A stretch of DNA of 64,000 nt from Oikopleura dioica (Eukaryota; Animalia; Chordata), in contig OU015566.1 of assembly GCA_907165135.1 (NCBI GenBank), positions 12,586,001 through 12,650,000 on the forward strand, written 5' to 3'. Positions 63,094 to 64,000 of the stretch are shown here, piece after piece. The notes beneath the pieces are model-generated. The model searched no databases. It was not told the origin of the DNA and saw only the letters and a list, made by a program, of their open reading frames with translations. Each line of letters starts with the position of its first letter. Position 1 is the stretch's first letter. The translations under genes and the position numbers were made by a program.

Positions 63094-63516
63094 TCACGCA
63101 TTATTGGCGCCCGTAAAAAGCTGAAAGCAGCATAAAATCACAATTAGCGGAACGGCGACTTTCAACATTTCATTGTCCAGAAAATTCAGCTGTTCCTTTC
63201 CGCTCTCCGATTTCATGTGCTTCTCCCAGCTTTCTTCCATAAATTTCCTGTTCGCTTTTTCTTGCTCGACTTGAGATTTGACCTTGGAGGTGAATTTTTC
63301 GAAGCCGGCGTTCATCTTATCCATCTTTTCTTTGAACTTCGGATCTTGGGAGAATTCTTGAGCTGAAGATCTTTGAGATGAAGAAGGCTCAGACGAATCA
63401 TCAGAGGAAGATTTTTCTTTTCGCTTTCCTCGGGCTAGAATTGAAGGAGAAATCTGAGAGGGGGCTTCATAAATGATAACGTTATGGGCGAGTAGGGCCC
63501 TTTTACCCGAAGACAA
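63094..63516 (-). CDS. Hypothetical small protein with charged helix and C-terminal TM segment; 5' exon probably near 63620-63700
   Basis: KFKEKMDKMNAGFEKFTSKVKSQVEQEK followed by hydrophobic VAVPLIVILCCFQLF. Confidence 0.55.
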   Translation of the reverse strand: MSSGKRALLAHNVIIYEAPSQISPSILARGKRKEKSSSDDSSEPSSSQRSSAQEFSQDPKFKEKMDKMNAGFEKFTSKVKSQVEQEKANRKFMEESWEKHMKSESGKEQLNFLDNEMLKVAVPLIVILCCFQLFTGANNA

Positions 63517-64000
63517 AGGATTAACGAGGGCCCATTGTTAAAAGAAACAGATTAAGAAGGGATACCCTTATAAATTGAGGAAAGAAATTCGTTATTTTTG
63601 AAGCTTTTCCTGAATATTTCTTTGATGACTCATCTTTGAGTAAATTTGTCTCTGTAGTAAAATTCGTCTGACTGAAACAATCATGTTCTTTCTTCGATTC
63701 TCTTTGTAGAAATCGTAATTAATACAACTTCAAGCTTCAAGTTCAAAAAGCCATTCACTGTAAAATGGAGCCAATGAGGAGTCGTATTCAAAATTGGCGC
63801 GCGATTGGAGGATTGAATTTTTGTAGTGAATCGGGTCGATCCGCCCGAGCTGCCAGAATCCTACGCAGCGCCGCGGGCAATGAAAAATGGGAGAAATTGA
63901 AAAGAAAAATGGCGAAAAAAACGCAAGAAAGAGAAAAAATGAATAATGAACAAGAAGAACTTCACGAAAGATGAATGATTCATCAGAGGGATTTATTACG

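Noticed and set aside
63765-63974. 69-aa + strand ORF at the window end
   Set aside because: Possibly the start of a divergent gene, but there is too little sequence to support a call.

Overview
Compact, intron-rich animal DNA, most likely the larvacean tunicate Oikopleura (inferred from 35-70 nt introns, several introns that require a GA donor, tight gene packing and typical Cys-rich/Kelch gene families). The ORF track fragments most genes, so I spliced them by hand; exon boundaries are predictions. About 17 intact protein-coding genes are supported: a 3CxxC zinc-finger protein, a TSP1x3-trypsin protease, a type II mucin-stalk protein, a secreted Cys-rich/Kelch protein, two class A GPCRs, a giant trefoil-FN3-LDLa low-complexity protein with a nested antisense gene, OAT, OSCP1, a coiled-coil protein, a GT31 galactosyltransferase, a PAN/apple protein, synapsin, a Gla-EGF-ZP membrane protein, a ~3100 aa large lipid transfer protein and a small tail-anchored protein. 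There is also a RING gene disrupted by a transposon and a decayed copy of the Gla-EGF-ZP gene. Seven non-autonomous DNA-transposon-type elements with target-site duplications are present, three of them nested. Top observations: (1) a coagulation-factor-like propeptide-Gla-EGF N-terminus fused to a ZP module with furin site and TM anchor; (2) a full-length synapsin whose ATP-binding residues appear lost; (3) a 3.4 kb hAT-like foldback element with a 57-bp hairpin array inserted in a coding exon. No rRNA, tRNA or CRISPR array was found.
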